NCBI GenBank assembly: GCA_043228905.1
Contig: JBHGNT010000015.1
Coordinates: 4,030,001-4,094,000 of the forward strand
Reading direction: 5' to 3'
Source of the DNA: Azolla caroliniana
Taxonomy: Eukaryota > Plantae > Polypodiophyta
DNA length: 64,000 bases
Each line of letters begins with the position of its first letter. Positions within the stretch are counted from its first letter, which is position 1. The position numbers and the translations under genes are program-made. Below the pieces are notes generated by a model, which ran no database searches, was not told the DNA's origin, and worked only from the letters and a program-made list of their open reading frames with translations. Shown piece after piece: positions 47,677 to 58,982 of this stretch.

Positions 47677-50600
47677 AGCAGCCCTAGATCTGTACAGCCC
47701 ATTAGTGGTTCCATTCCTTCCAAGCAAGTTAGCAATGTGTTCCTAGCCCAAGTCATTGTTAGTACTAAAAGTACTCCCCCAGTACCCGTTCTAGCACTTT
47801 TAGATTCCGGAGCTAATTCTTGTTTCATGGATCGAAATTTTGCCCAAGCTTCTCAGATATCCTTAAGAAAACTTCCTTGTCCCGCATCTGTAGTGGTCAT
47901 TGATGGTCGTCCCATTGCTTCCGGGAATATTGTAGAAGAATCAGAACCCATTCAAGTTGTCCTAGGTAGTTTTGTGTGTATAATATCATTTAATATAATT
48001 AGTAGTCCAGAGCATCCCATTGTCCTAGGATTACCTTGGCTTGAGTTACATAATCCAGCCATAGATTGGAGAACAAGAGAAGTCCGATATCGACCACCCC
48101 AAGAATCAACTCGCCGAGTTTCGACCATTTCACTCCATCAACTACGCGAAGAAGGACCCAAGGAGGCAATGTTCCTATTTTCCATATCAGTACATCCTTC
48201 CAGCACTATTAAGAAGGACTCCTCAGTACAACTTCCGGCAAAATATCATCCTTATGCCGATGTATTTGACAAGGTAAAAGCCGGTACCCTTCCTCATCAC
48301 CGTCCCTATGACTGTCCCATCGATTTACAACCAGGAACCGAGCCACCATGGGGACCAATTTACAACCTGTCACCCACCGAGTTAGAAGTCCTTCGAGCCT
48401 ACATAGAGGAGAACTTGGCAAGCGGGTTCATCCATCATTCGAAATCTCCGGCCGGTGCACCCATCTTCTTTGTCAAGAAGAAAGATGGCTCACTTCGTCT
48501 TGTCGTTGATTACCGCGGATTAAATAAAGTCACCATCCGGAATAGGTATGCACTTCCTCTTATATCAAGTCTTTTAGAGCGAGTTAATGGTGCCAAGTTT
48601 TTTACTAAAATCGACCTACGCGGAGCGTATAATCTCGTGCGGATCCGACCGGGAGATGAGTGGAAGACCGCTTTTCGCACGCGGTATGGGCATTTTGAGT
48701 ATACTGTTATGCCGTTTGGCCTAACCAATGCACCCGCAGTCTTCCAACACATGGCAAATGATATATTCAGAGACCTCTTGGATATCTGTTTGATCATTTA
48801 TCTGGATGATCTGTTGATTTATTCGAAGACCCAGGAAGAGCACGACTCTCATGTACTATTAGTACTAAAGCGACTCCGCGAGAATGGTCTTTATGCCAAG
48901 CTAGAAAAATGTAGCTTCGACTGCAAGCAAGTGGAATTTCTAGGCTACGTCATCTCCTCAAAGGGCATCGCCATGGATCCAGCTAAGATCCAAACTGTAC
49001 TAGAGTGGCAAATTCCACGGTCGGTACGAGATGTACAATGTTTTCTAGGTTTTGCTAACTTCTACCGTAAGTTTATACAGGATTACTCGAAGATTATTTT
49101 ACCTCTCACACAACTTACGAAGAAGGGCCAAGCATTTCTTTGGTCCATTGAAGCAGATATGGCTTTTCGGCATCTTAAGAAAGCCTTTACATCAGCACCG
49201 ATTCTAGCTCATGTGGATACAAGCAAACCATTCATCATGGAGGCCGACGCATCAGATTTCGCCCTCGGTAGCATCCTTTCTCAACAAGGTGATAAAGAAG
49301 AGTTGCATCCGGTGGCTTTCCATTCGCGCAAATTCGATGTCGCAGAAATCAACTACGAAATACATGACAAGGAGTTATTAGCCATCGTGGATTCATTTGT
49401 ACAATGGCGGCATTTCTTAGAGGGCTCTCCACATCAGGTCATTGTCTTCAGCGATCATAAAAATCTTGCTTATTTTCAGAACGCTCGCGTACTAAATCGA
49501 CGGCAAGCTCGGTGGGCGCAATTCCTCACGCGTTTCGACTTCAAAATCACATATCGACCGGGGAAGCAGCAAGGAAAAGCAGATGCACTATCACGACGTT
49601 CATATCTTGCACCTCGTCCTGGTGAAGCAACATTTGATAATCAAAAGCAAGTAATCTTGGGACCAACACGATTGCACACGACGCGGATTTTTCACACCCC
49701 GATGGATTCACGGATTACCGATGACATACGTGCAACCTTGAAGACGGATAGTTTTGCTCAAGACATCCTGGCGCACATTGATACTTCTCGGGCATCCTGT
49801 TCTCAGTCTCAACAACCAGGTATTGACTACCGACAATTCGAATATCATGATGGTTTGTTATTCTTTAAAAAGCGCGTATATGTCCCCGATTGCTCCTGTC
49901 GCCTTCAAATTGTCCAACATTGTCACGACACCCATACGGCGGGACATTTCGGTAGTACTAAGACGTTGGAGCTAGTGCAGCGATCTTTTTGGTGGCCCCA
50001 CATGCGCCGTTTTATCGACGACTACGTTCGGACCTGTGATGCTTGCTGCCGAGCAAAGATGCCACGACACCATCCATATGGCTTGTTGGAACCTTTACCA
50101 ATTCCAAGTAAGCCATGGCAGTCTATTTGTCTTGATTTTATCACAGATCTGCCGGTCTCGAAAGGGTTCGATGCTATCCTAACCGTCGTCGATCGATATA
50201 CGAAGATGGCACATTTTGTGCCATGTACTAAAGCCATCACTAGCGAGGAAACCGCCGCTCTTGTTATGCGTGAGGTTTTTCGGCATCATGGCCTCCCAGA
50301 CAGTATTATCAGTGACCGAGGCCCGCAATTTGTCTCCAAATTTTGGCAGCATCTCTTCAAGATGCTCAAGGTCTCCTGCAACCTCTCCTCCGGCTACCAT
50401 CCTCAGACCGACGGACAGGCGGAACGAACAAACCAAACGCTGGAGCAATATCTCCGGTGTTTCCTGAGTTATCAACAGGACGATTGGGCCGAGATTCTCC
50501 ACTTTGCGGAGTTTGCGTATAATAATGCTATTCACTCCTCGACTCGGGTCTCCCCATTTTTCGCTTATACCGGTTTCCATCCTCGCTGGTCGGTGATCGA

Positions 50601-51213
50601 CGCTCCGGAGCTACCTACCAACCCTCGTGCCGAGGATCATTTGGAGAGGCTACGCAAGATCCAGATGGATCTCTCTACTCACCTTCGTCATGCTCAACAC
50701 ACACAGAAGACTTATGCGGATCGTCATCGGATTCCCTCCTCTTTTGCCATCGGAGATCGAGTATGGCTCTTACGTCGTCACATCAAGACTACTCGACCGT
50801 GCGACAAGTTGGATTATCGACGACTCGGTCCTTTCCGTATTACGGGGAAGATTAATGATGTCACCTTCCGCCTTGATCTCCCTCCGCAGCTTCAGATACA
50901 TCCGGTTTTCCATTGTTCTCTTCTTGAACCTTATAAAGCAAACACCATTCCCGATCGTGTGACACCACCGCCGCCCCCACTGGAGTTGGACGCCGGCCCG
51001 GAGTATGAAGTTGCTGCCATCCTCGATTCCAAACTTGTTCGCAACAAACTCTATTACTTGGTCGATTGGCTCGGTTATAGTCCGAGCGAACGTACTTGGG
51101 AACCCGTCGAGAATGTTGCCAATGCACAAGATCTTCTTGCTGATTTCCACCAAAAGTATCCGGACAAACCCGGTCCGCAAGTAGCGCTGACTCGTTCCAC
51201 TCGTCGTCTTTAA
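47641..51213 (+). CDS. chromovirus C Pol (protease, RT, RNase H, integrase, chromodomain), -1 frame relative to gag
   Basis: 1190-aa ORF; LLDSGA, IIYLDD, EADASD, H-H-C-C, ISDRGPQF, YEVAAILDSK...YLVDWLGY. Confidence 0.95.
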   Translation: MSPAKIGAIWLDSSPRSVQPISGSIPSKQVSNVFLAQVIVSTKSTPPVPVLALLDSGANSCFMDRNFAQASQISLRKLPCPASVVVIDGRPIASGNIVEESEPIQVVLGSFVCIISFNIISSPEHPIVLGLPWLELHNPAIDWRTREVRYRPPQESTRRVSTISLHQLREEGPKEAMFLFSISVHPSSTIKKDSSVQLPAKYHPYADVFDKVKAGTLPHHRPYDCPIDLQPGTEPPWGPIYNLSPTELEVLRAYIEENLASGFIHHSKSPAGAPIFFVKKKDGSLRLVVDYRGLNKVTIRNRYALPLISSLLERVNGAKFFTKIDLRGAYNLVRIRPGDEWKTAFRTRYGHFEYTVMPFGLTNAPAVFQHMANDIFRDLLDICLIIYLDDLLIYSKTQEEHDSHVLLVLKRLRENGLYAKLEKCSFDCKQVEFLGYVISSKGIAMDPAKIQTVLEWQIPRSVRDVQCFLGFANFYRKFIQDYSKIILPLTQLTKKGQAFLWSIEADMAFRHLKKAFTSAPILAHVDTSKPFIMEADASDFALGSILSQQGDKEELHPVAFHSRKFDVAEINYEIHDKELLAIVDSFVQWRHFLEGSPHQVIVFSDHKNLAYFQNARVLNRRQARWAQFLTRFDFKITYRPGKQQGKADALSRRSYLAPRPGEATFDNQKQVILGPTRLHTTRIFHTPMDSRITDDIRATLKTDSFAQDILAHIDTSRASCSQSQQPGIDYRQFEYHDGLLFFKKRVYVPDCSCRLQIVQHCHDTHTAGHFGSTKTLELVQRSFWWPHMRRFIDDYVRTCDACCRAKMPRHHPYGLLEPLPIPSKPWQSICLDFITDLPVSKGFDAILTVVDRYTKMAHFVPCTKAITSEETAALVMREVFRHHGLPDSIISDRGPQFVSKFWQHLFKMLKVSCNLSSGYHPQTDGQAERTNQTLEQYLRCFLSYQQDDWAEILHFAEFAYNNAIHSSTRVSPFFAYTGFHPRWSVIDAPELPTNPRAEDHLERLRKIQMDLSTHLRHAQHTQKTYADRHRIPSSFAIGDRVWLLRRHIKTTRPCDKLDYRRLGPFRITGKINDVTFRLDLPPQLQIHPVFHCSLLEPYKANTIPDRVTPPPPPLELDAGPEYEVAAILDSKLVRNKLYYLVDWLGYSPSERTWEPVENVANAQDLLADFHQKYPDKPGPQVALTRSTRRL

Positions 51214-51224
51214 GGGGGAGATAG

Positions 51225-51651
51225 TGTCATGAGATGGCAAGACTCGAACCCATGACCTTATGGTATATGGGTCGAGCTCTTAACCATCTCACCATCTATT
51301 GTAATTCATAGAATATTATTTTCATTTATGTTTTATTATAAGAAAGTAATGTATATTCCAGATTTGTCTGGAACATTCTAGAAGCTTCAGGATTATTCCT
51401 GAGAACACTATAAAAGAAGGCACTAAGCATTATGTTGAACCAAATTGGTTCAACACCAGTCTTAAGCCTCTTAGCCGATTTGTACTTATCTTTCATATAA
51501 TATAAGAGTTGTTGTCATCATTCTATTTCTCTCTCTCTCCTCTTCTCACTTCCTCTCTCTCGGGAATCTTACGCAGTCCTGTCTTCTTAGTACTAATAGT
51601 ACTACTCTTCTTAGTACTAATTCCATCTCTGCTTTAGTACTATTCCTGACA
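51225..51651 (+). repeat. chromovirus C 3' LTR
   Basis: TGTCA..TGACA. Confidence 0.96.
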
Positions 51652-52063
51652 GTACCCACTCAGAGAAAGGAAAGCACCGACTACATATGTCAGTCAATAC
51701 ATTCTCTTGACTGATGACGGTGAACCAGAGTGCTGTGAAGAAGCCATTGCCGACGAGAGCAGTGAAAAATGGCTGAACGCGATGCAAGAGGAGATGGAAT
51801 CCTTGCACGCAAATTACACCTACGACCTAGTAGAGCTGCCGAAAGGTAAGAGAGCACTCAGGAATAAATGGGTCTACAAGGTGAAGACTGGAGAAGTCAA
51901 CACCGAGCCCAGGTATAAAGCCCGCATAGTGGTGAAGGGTTTCCAACAGAGGAAGGGCGTCGACTTTGACGAAATATTCGCACCAGTCATAAAGATGACA
52001 TCCATACGAACTGTTCTGAGCATAGCGACCAACATGGATCTGGAGATCGAACAGTTGGATGTC
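51652..52063 (+). pseudogene. copia-4 RT N-terminal part
   Basis: YPLRER...KWVYKVK...YKARIVVKGFQQ...QLDVK. Confidence 0.9.
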
Positions 52064-52381
52064 AAAAAACACCGGGTCATTTGGAACAGGTAATATGTCG
52101 CATTATGAGAACACTACGTCAAAAAAGGGCACAAAAGCACGCAGTTTTCAAAAAGGCACGATGCATGCGTAAAGCTTTTCAGAAAAGGTGGCAAAATATA
52201 TTGAATTTGAACATGACTACCACTTTGAGGCCTCCAAAAATACATCACCAAAATTACAAAATAGTGTACAACATGTCTACCAGTTACAATTATACATATT
52301 CGTGAGTTTACATCCAAAACAAATTTACAAAGTTTCCGATCATGTAGTAAAACAATCCCCAACTTGAACCAAACCAATATA

Positions 52382-55057
52382 TTAAGACATGTCTGATGGA
52401 CTAGAAGAGCATTCTGACGTCTCATCCTCATCATCAGTGGCAATCAAAGCATTATCCTCATCCAATTCCAACCCAACATCTTTGTGGTTATGAGAATTGC
52501 TTTTGGTTATTCTCTGTATTTCGTTTGACACCATGTTTGGGATTTTCTCCTTTATTATCTTGATAGTTGCTTGTCTTAGATGACCTGATTTTGTCAATGA
52601 GAAGTCATATACTAGTATGTCAACACGGTCTAGTGCGAGAGTAGCCGTGCTTGGTATATTCTTTCTTCTTCTCTTTCTGCTTGAACATCCGACATCCTTA
52701 ACCATCTCTAAAGAATACTTTCCTGTAAATGCATCAGGTGAAGTTGTCTGATACCAGTGGACTACTATTGACTTTGTCTGACTATTTTCTTCATCCCTTA
52801 CTAATTCAATAATTTTTGCAATCCAAAATGGATGGCCCAAGGTATCGTCCCCTGCTAATGTTGCAACCAACATTCCCACTTGTAGTTCTTGCAAATTACC
52901 TTGCCATCTTGCCTCAACAGTACGTGACTTTCTTGGTCCCACATAAATATCTCTTTGCAGTGGCCGAACTAAATCATGAAGCTCCATATTATTCGATTGT
53001 TGGTGATGAGTCTGTGATATCGTTGATGTCATCCCAATGTTCCATGTGAATGGGATACGGATTGGCCATAAACCGGCGAATGTAATTATCTAAAATGGTG
53101 CGTTGATGGGTGAAGAAAATCTCCCACCATTCAACATCCTCATCACCGGCATACTTCTTAGTCCGATCAATATTATTTTGTTTCTCTGCTAGACATCTCA
53201 ACCAATATGCCCTTTGTTCATCAATAGTACTATTTGGTGCTACATTTTTACGATCATCATATGGCATTTGTTGTGCACCATGTAGAGGTTCATCTGGGAT
53301 ATGAAGAAGGAGCCTACAACCTTCTTGGGGCTCCCATTGTGCACTAGATGAGTATTGTTTCGCAAACAACACCGTCATCTTGAGGTGGGCCGATCTTTGT
53401 TTTATGAGGAAGACATGGTTGAAACTTATATTATTAAGAGGTGCAAGCACCCTACCTTTAGTCCCGTCACTATCCATGCAGAAACGTTTGAAGTCGTATA
53501 CTTCTTCCAAGTGTTGTACTTCAGGCTTTGGTGTATATGATTCACTAATCAATTTGGATAGCGTGGGAAGTGTGAAAGCATTACAGCGAGCAAGTTTCTT
53601 TGAGAACCTACTGAACATTTGATCTATGTGATCATGGGTATGACCAACCAACAAGAAGTTAACCTTTATCTTTTAAAATATGCCCCTCTCTACTAGCATG
53701 CTTAGATAGCCGAAGACAGTTGAGTTCTTATTCTCTCTTGCTGTGTTGTCTAGTTGCACATATAGAACTGGCGGGAGTATACCTGACCATGATTGCAATA
53801 CCCTGTGCATGACAGTGACAGTAAGATTAGTGTCGTTGTGGATATTGGGATAAGTTAAGAACACTTGCGGTGTTATAGTTTGACAATATGTCAAACAACC
53901 CACTAGATGCATTTGCACTAGACACTCATCTCCAATATCCTTGGGGAGTCTTTGAAAATGCGGCAAACAAGTTTTCTTTTGATCCATGCCATCAATAATC
54001 ATGCACATACACTTTTCGGGAGATTGAAACGCTTTTTGTCGGTGATGCATAGCCTTAGTACGTTCCAATGCCTGACTTTCACGATGTTCTTTTAACAGGT
54101 TCTTGTAATACTTGATCTCTACATCTGATTTTCCACCCTTGGCCATACTTTTTAAACTCGCACATATTGAGCAGACTCCCATTCGCACCTTTCGTGGGAT
54201 AACCACGTTATTAAATTGTAACCTCCATAGTCGATTAAAATGCATGTACTGTATGTAAGGCTCAACATCGGAAGACATGTCGTCCTTGTACGATTGGTAA
54301 ACTTCCCTTCGAGTAAAGTTATCTGACAAATTAAGTCTTCCTGTCGTTGGCATAACTTCGCACTGTTTTGAAAAATATACCTCCATCCACCTAATTGCCT
54401 GTTGCCCAATTTGACCCTTACATCCAGAACCATTTTGATCGAACTGTACCCAGGAGCCCTTCAGAAGTCGCTCTTGAACTCGTTGCAGCCGCATATTTCC
54501 AATGCTATGAGTGATTTTAAAAGCTGCTCGACAACACTTGGTAATTAGTCCAAGGAAATATTCAACTTGCGTTGAATTAGGCCCTGCTTTGTGATCCAAT
54601 TTAAGTTGCATATGCGAAAGAAGAAATGTATCTTGCTCTTCCCCATTAAGCGACAAGTATTTTTGTCGTGTTTCACGTAACCTTGACTTTCCATAAGTTG
54701 ATAGACAGAGATTCGCACAACACAATTTGTTCAAGTCGCATAGAAGTTGACGATCAGAACATAAGAAATTATTTATCTCTTTTCACTAACTTGTCGAGGA
54801 ACTCTTTTAAATGCTAGAGGTTTAGTAATGCTATTGTTATCTATCGACGAAGAACCGTCCGCTTGTAAGCTTGCATGAAGAGGGCCATCAACAGGATCAA
54901 TTGAAAACAGAGAATTCGAAGTACTAGGAGCCACACTTTTCTGTTTAAGCCGCGAATGTTTTTTGTGGTCGTACTCTTCTATTGAGAAATACGAGTTGTC
55001 TGACAATGAAAAGGGGGCAATAGAAAAAAGAGATGTTCTACTTGTAGAAGAAGACAT
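52382..55057 (-). pseudogene. Sola1-like DDD transposase with a C-terminal beta-barrel-like domain, frameshifted
   Basis: ORFs 54773-55057, 53673-54734 (CSIC, IIDGMDQ, VQLDNTARENKN), 52989-53654 (LVGHTHDHIDQMFS), 52382-53032. Confidence 0.8.
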
Positions 55058-55354
55058 TTGAGGGAGTCTAACTGTATTCTAAAACCTTCTTTTGAGAAAA
55101 TTAAGGAATGCTAAAGCCTAACTATATAACTACCCGAACACTTAGATTAACTATATTATTTTCCGACATTTTTCTAAAAAACAAATAATTAAAAATTATT
55201 TTTTATTTTAAAAGGAATGCTAAAGTCTTCTATATAAGGAGGTTAGAAATTTCATTTTCATTATCACGTGAAAGAATCCATCAAGCTCAGAGCACAGGCC
55301 AATTTTCGAGCACTCAGAAGCACATCGTCGACAGCACTACCTCCGGCACGAATC

Positions 55355-58300
55355 ATGAACAAGGGAAAGAAAATCGTCAGGTTAGTAATATTCTTTACAT
55401 TTTTTAAGATTCCTAAAGATTCCTTAAAGATTCCTTTCCTCAACACATAGAAATTTTATTTTATTTTGTACAACGAACTTGGAAAGCAATTCTGAAAGGC
55501 AGGACCTTCAACGAAAATCTGATGCAGTGCATCGGATTTTCGTTGAAAGGCAGGACCTTCAGCGAAAATCCGATGCAGTGCATCGGATTTTCGCTAAAAC
55601 TCCTGCGATAGTTTTTTATCGCAAAAACAACATTTTTTTCAACGAAAATGTTGTTTTTGCGATAAAAAACTATCGCATGGGACCATAATATTGACGTAAT
55701 TTAGATGATAATTTGCGTGATTTAGAAAAAATTGTACGTTGTTTCTATGTTTTCACCAACGTTTTTAATTTCAGTGAACCCAGACAAAAAGTTCCTTCAT
55801 TTAGATTGAAGATTCGATCTCCGACAAAACGAGATTTTGGCTCCTTCATGAAGGACACGAGTAAAAAGATTTTATTTGACTCAACGGGGGAAGGAGGATC
55901 CAAGTCATCTGTGGCTACTACCAAAATCAACAAAGGTAGTACGCAAGAGGAGAAAACGGTTGAGGTGAAATATAAGGATTACCCCGAACTTGAATGGTGT
56001 CTCTCCTATGTCGAGGAGGATGGGGTGTTGTTATTGATAACAGCAAAATCGGACGGGGAAGGGAAACTTCAGCTTGGAAAAACATTTAATTACGGCATGT
56101 AACCAAGCTAGAGTACGAAGACATTGACTCTACAAGTATTTTAATCGACGTCTCGAGCTCAGTTGGCAATAGGCGATTGCGACTTGATGAGGGAAACCTA
56201 GTACCCGAATCTTGCAATCCCAAGGCTTTGCGTAAAGACCTGCAAACGAAAAATAACTTGTTGGTAGCTCTTCGGCCGTACGTGACAGGAGAGATGATGA
56301 CCGGTGAAGCAGAAACTCCACCGAAAAAGTCTAGGAAGACAAATCCTGTTCAAAAGAAATATACTAAATGACCACGACCCGAAGAAGAAGAAGAAGAAAT
56401 ATTAGAGTTCGTGGAAGAAGAAGACGACCAACAAGTCGACGTCGTGGCTCCAGGCGGACAACTATCTTCTGGTGTCCTGACGTCAGAACAAAATAAAATA
56501 AGAGAAAATATTGTGAAGACTAAACTTGTGCGCAGGGGCCAGCTATTTCATTTGCCCATTACTTCTATCCAGAGGCCCCCCATTGACCCCGTGACTGGAA
56601 GACGTCCCCTGGAAATTAGGGAGCCGCACTCCGTCCATGTGCAAAACCTAAAAAGCAAAATGAAAATCAATCCTCACGCTACTGTGGTGCCATTTTTGGT
56701 AATGGTTGATCAAGAACAATGCCCAACAATAGCAGATTTCAAGTATAGCTCTGCAGACGATTGCATATACTATGTAATCGGAGGATCACATTCAGCCGAA
56801 GCTCAACGACAACTTGTCAAAGAATATCCTCTCACGCCGTTCTTCAAGTACGCCGAATGTAAGGTATATGCAGGACTAACTCATGAGGAGGCGAAGCTGC
56901 TCGCATGGGACCATAACAATGACAACGATTATAGGCAAAAGATGTCATGTATAGAGAGGATAAGATTTTTTCATCATGAATACCTGGATGCCTTGAATCG
57001 TTTTGGTCCAAGATTGTGGCCTAGATTGCAACGCCAGTGTTTATTGGAAGTAGGGATTGCAGTGGATGAGAGTACCAAATCCGAAGGTCTCCGAAAATAT
57101 GATTCTTGGTTTCAACTAGCTTTTCGGACTGGAGAGGTGTGGGATCTCCAAGACAAAATATTCTCTATGTGGGAGCGGAAAGAAGTCAAGGGGCAAAGAT
57201 AAAAAAAGGGAAGAATTGATCCACAAGTTGAGATGAAATCAAAGACCAAGGGAAAAAGCGACTTGGTAATCGAGGAGTTAGCAGAGGACATGAAACTTTT
57301 ACCTTGGAGATCATTACAAGGTATCAAAGATGATAGATTGTTAATATCCGTGCTATCTCGAGTGGTCGCCAAGGAATTTAGTTTGGACGAGATGGTAACA
57401 GACTTGCAAAAGTAAGTGTTTATAGTATACCTTTTCATGAAAGTCTTTAATTATTTTGAATATCTTATTTCTAATTTCATATTGATTGTGCAGTGACAAG
57501 GTATACATGAAGATTCAGGAGTTGATGATGCAAAAACTGAGTTTACCGACATGGGAAGAAGTTGAACAAGCCTGCCCGATAACTTCTTCCTACAAGGCAT
57601 TGGAGGAATATTTTATTGTATTTAGAGAATGGGTATGTGTCTTTTGAATGTTGATATGTTAGAAAGTAATGTTCCCTACTAACAACAATGACACTTGCAG
57701 AAACCATCAAAATCGAAAAAGAACAACGACAATAATGACGGTATTCCAGCGGCCTTCATCACGCACTTAGAACGTGCGAAGTATGAGAAGAGAATGACCA
57801 AAGGGAAGGAAATGGAACTGCTCGAGGATTCGGAGACTGTAAAGAGTTTTTTGCATAGGTCCGATCCTTTCAAATAGCTTCATTATAGTGTTTTCAATGG
57901 TGAAGTATCCCAGATGCTCGAACTGTTACCGAGAAGGCACTACACTTTGCTGATAGCTGACATAGCATATGGTTTCCGTATTGCGGGATCAACATATGAT
58001 GATGTGCCTTTCAAGTACCCTCAGATCGAGAAAATGGTAAAGGATTTCGCAGAACTGACATTGGCCCCCTTGTGGAGGATAGTCATATTTCATAGCATGG
58101 GGCAATCACTGTCAGTCACAACAGCTTTGAAGTCCCGTTGTCATGCCACTGAACATATGCATTGGTGCGTTATAGTTCACTTTTACTCATTACAGTACTT
58201 CTTATTATATGTACACATTTACACCTCTAATACTTTATTTTCTTTCTCTATAGGATCAAAACAAATATTACACGTAGCCCTGGCAATCGAATGGTTAGTG

Positions 58301-58982
58301 CGGTCGAACATTTTTGTGTGGGCTACTATGATTCAATTACAAAGAAGAAGGCTAGAGCACATGTCAATGAGCGTAACGTGGTTAACTACATCATGTGCCC
58401 AGCTGTAACCAAAAAATTAAGACATGTGTCAGGGGATAAAAGTATGGTGAACCCTTATCAAAAACCTCAAAGATTGATCAACCGCCTCATAGAGCTCTTC
58501 TCAAATCCAGATGATTGGGTCCTAGACTTGTTCTCTGGCACAGGTATAATATATATATTTAATTTCAATCCTGTCGATCAAGTTTAAGACGTTACTTCTT
58601 ATATATACTTGTTTGTGTTCATGCGACCATTAGGTACAGCGACAGCTTGTGCATTGAAGATGTTTAGAAATTGTGTTGCATTGGAGAAGGACCCTGCTCA
58701 AGTTAACTTCATCAAAATGAGGATCACAGGAATCTGGGACTGTCCAGATCAGGATCAAGAAGTCAGAGCAAAACACATCAACAAGACAGAGATGTTCCAG
58801 ATGACTTCACGAGAACCAATGGAACCAATTGATGAAGAAGCAGGGGAGCGGTGGACCTAGAAGATGTAGCACAGTTTGACCATACATCAGATTCGGGAGA
58901 GCTTGGAGATGACACAAATGAAAACAGTCTAGAACAATCAACGCCAGAGGAGCCTGCTCTGCCTGATTTGCTTATAGATTGA
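55355..58982 (+). pseudogene. Spliced gene: ParB-like domain fused to a beta-class N6-adenine/N4-cytosine DNA methyltransferase
   Basis: GT-AG introns 55381-55774, 57412-57493, 57633-57700, 58165-58253, 58544-58633 all keep the frame; motifs LLIADIAYG, W-IKTN, NPYQKP, WVLDLFSGTG, RNCVALEKD; premature stops at 56100, 56369, 57200, 57875. Confidence 0.82.
55604..55678. repeat. Near-perfect ~75-bp inverted repeat inside intron 1
   Basis: TGCGATAGTTTTTTATCGCAAAAACAACATTTT...AAAATGTTGTTTTTGCGATAAAAAACTATCGCA. Confidence 0.85.

Larger units (their letters stand above)
45990..51651 (+). mobile_element. Chromovirus C (Ty3/gypsy with chromodomain), intact and young
   Basis: 427-bp LTRs 45990-46416 and 51225-51651 (two differences spotted), PPT AAGGGGGAGA, flanking duplication GTACCCA. 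Confidence 0.97.
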
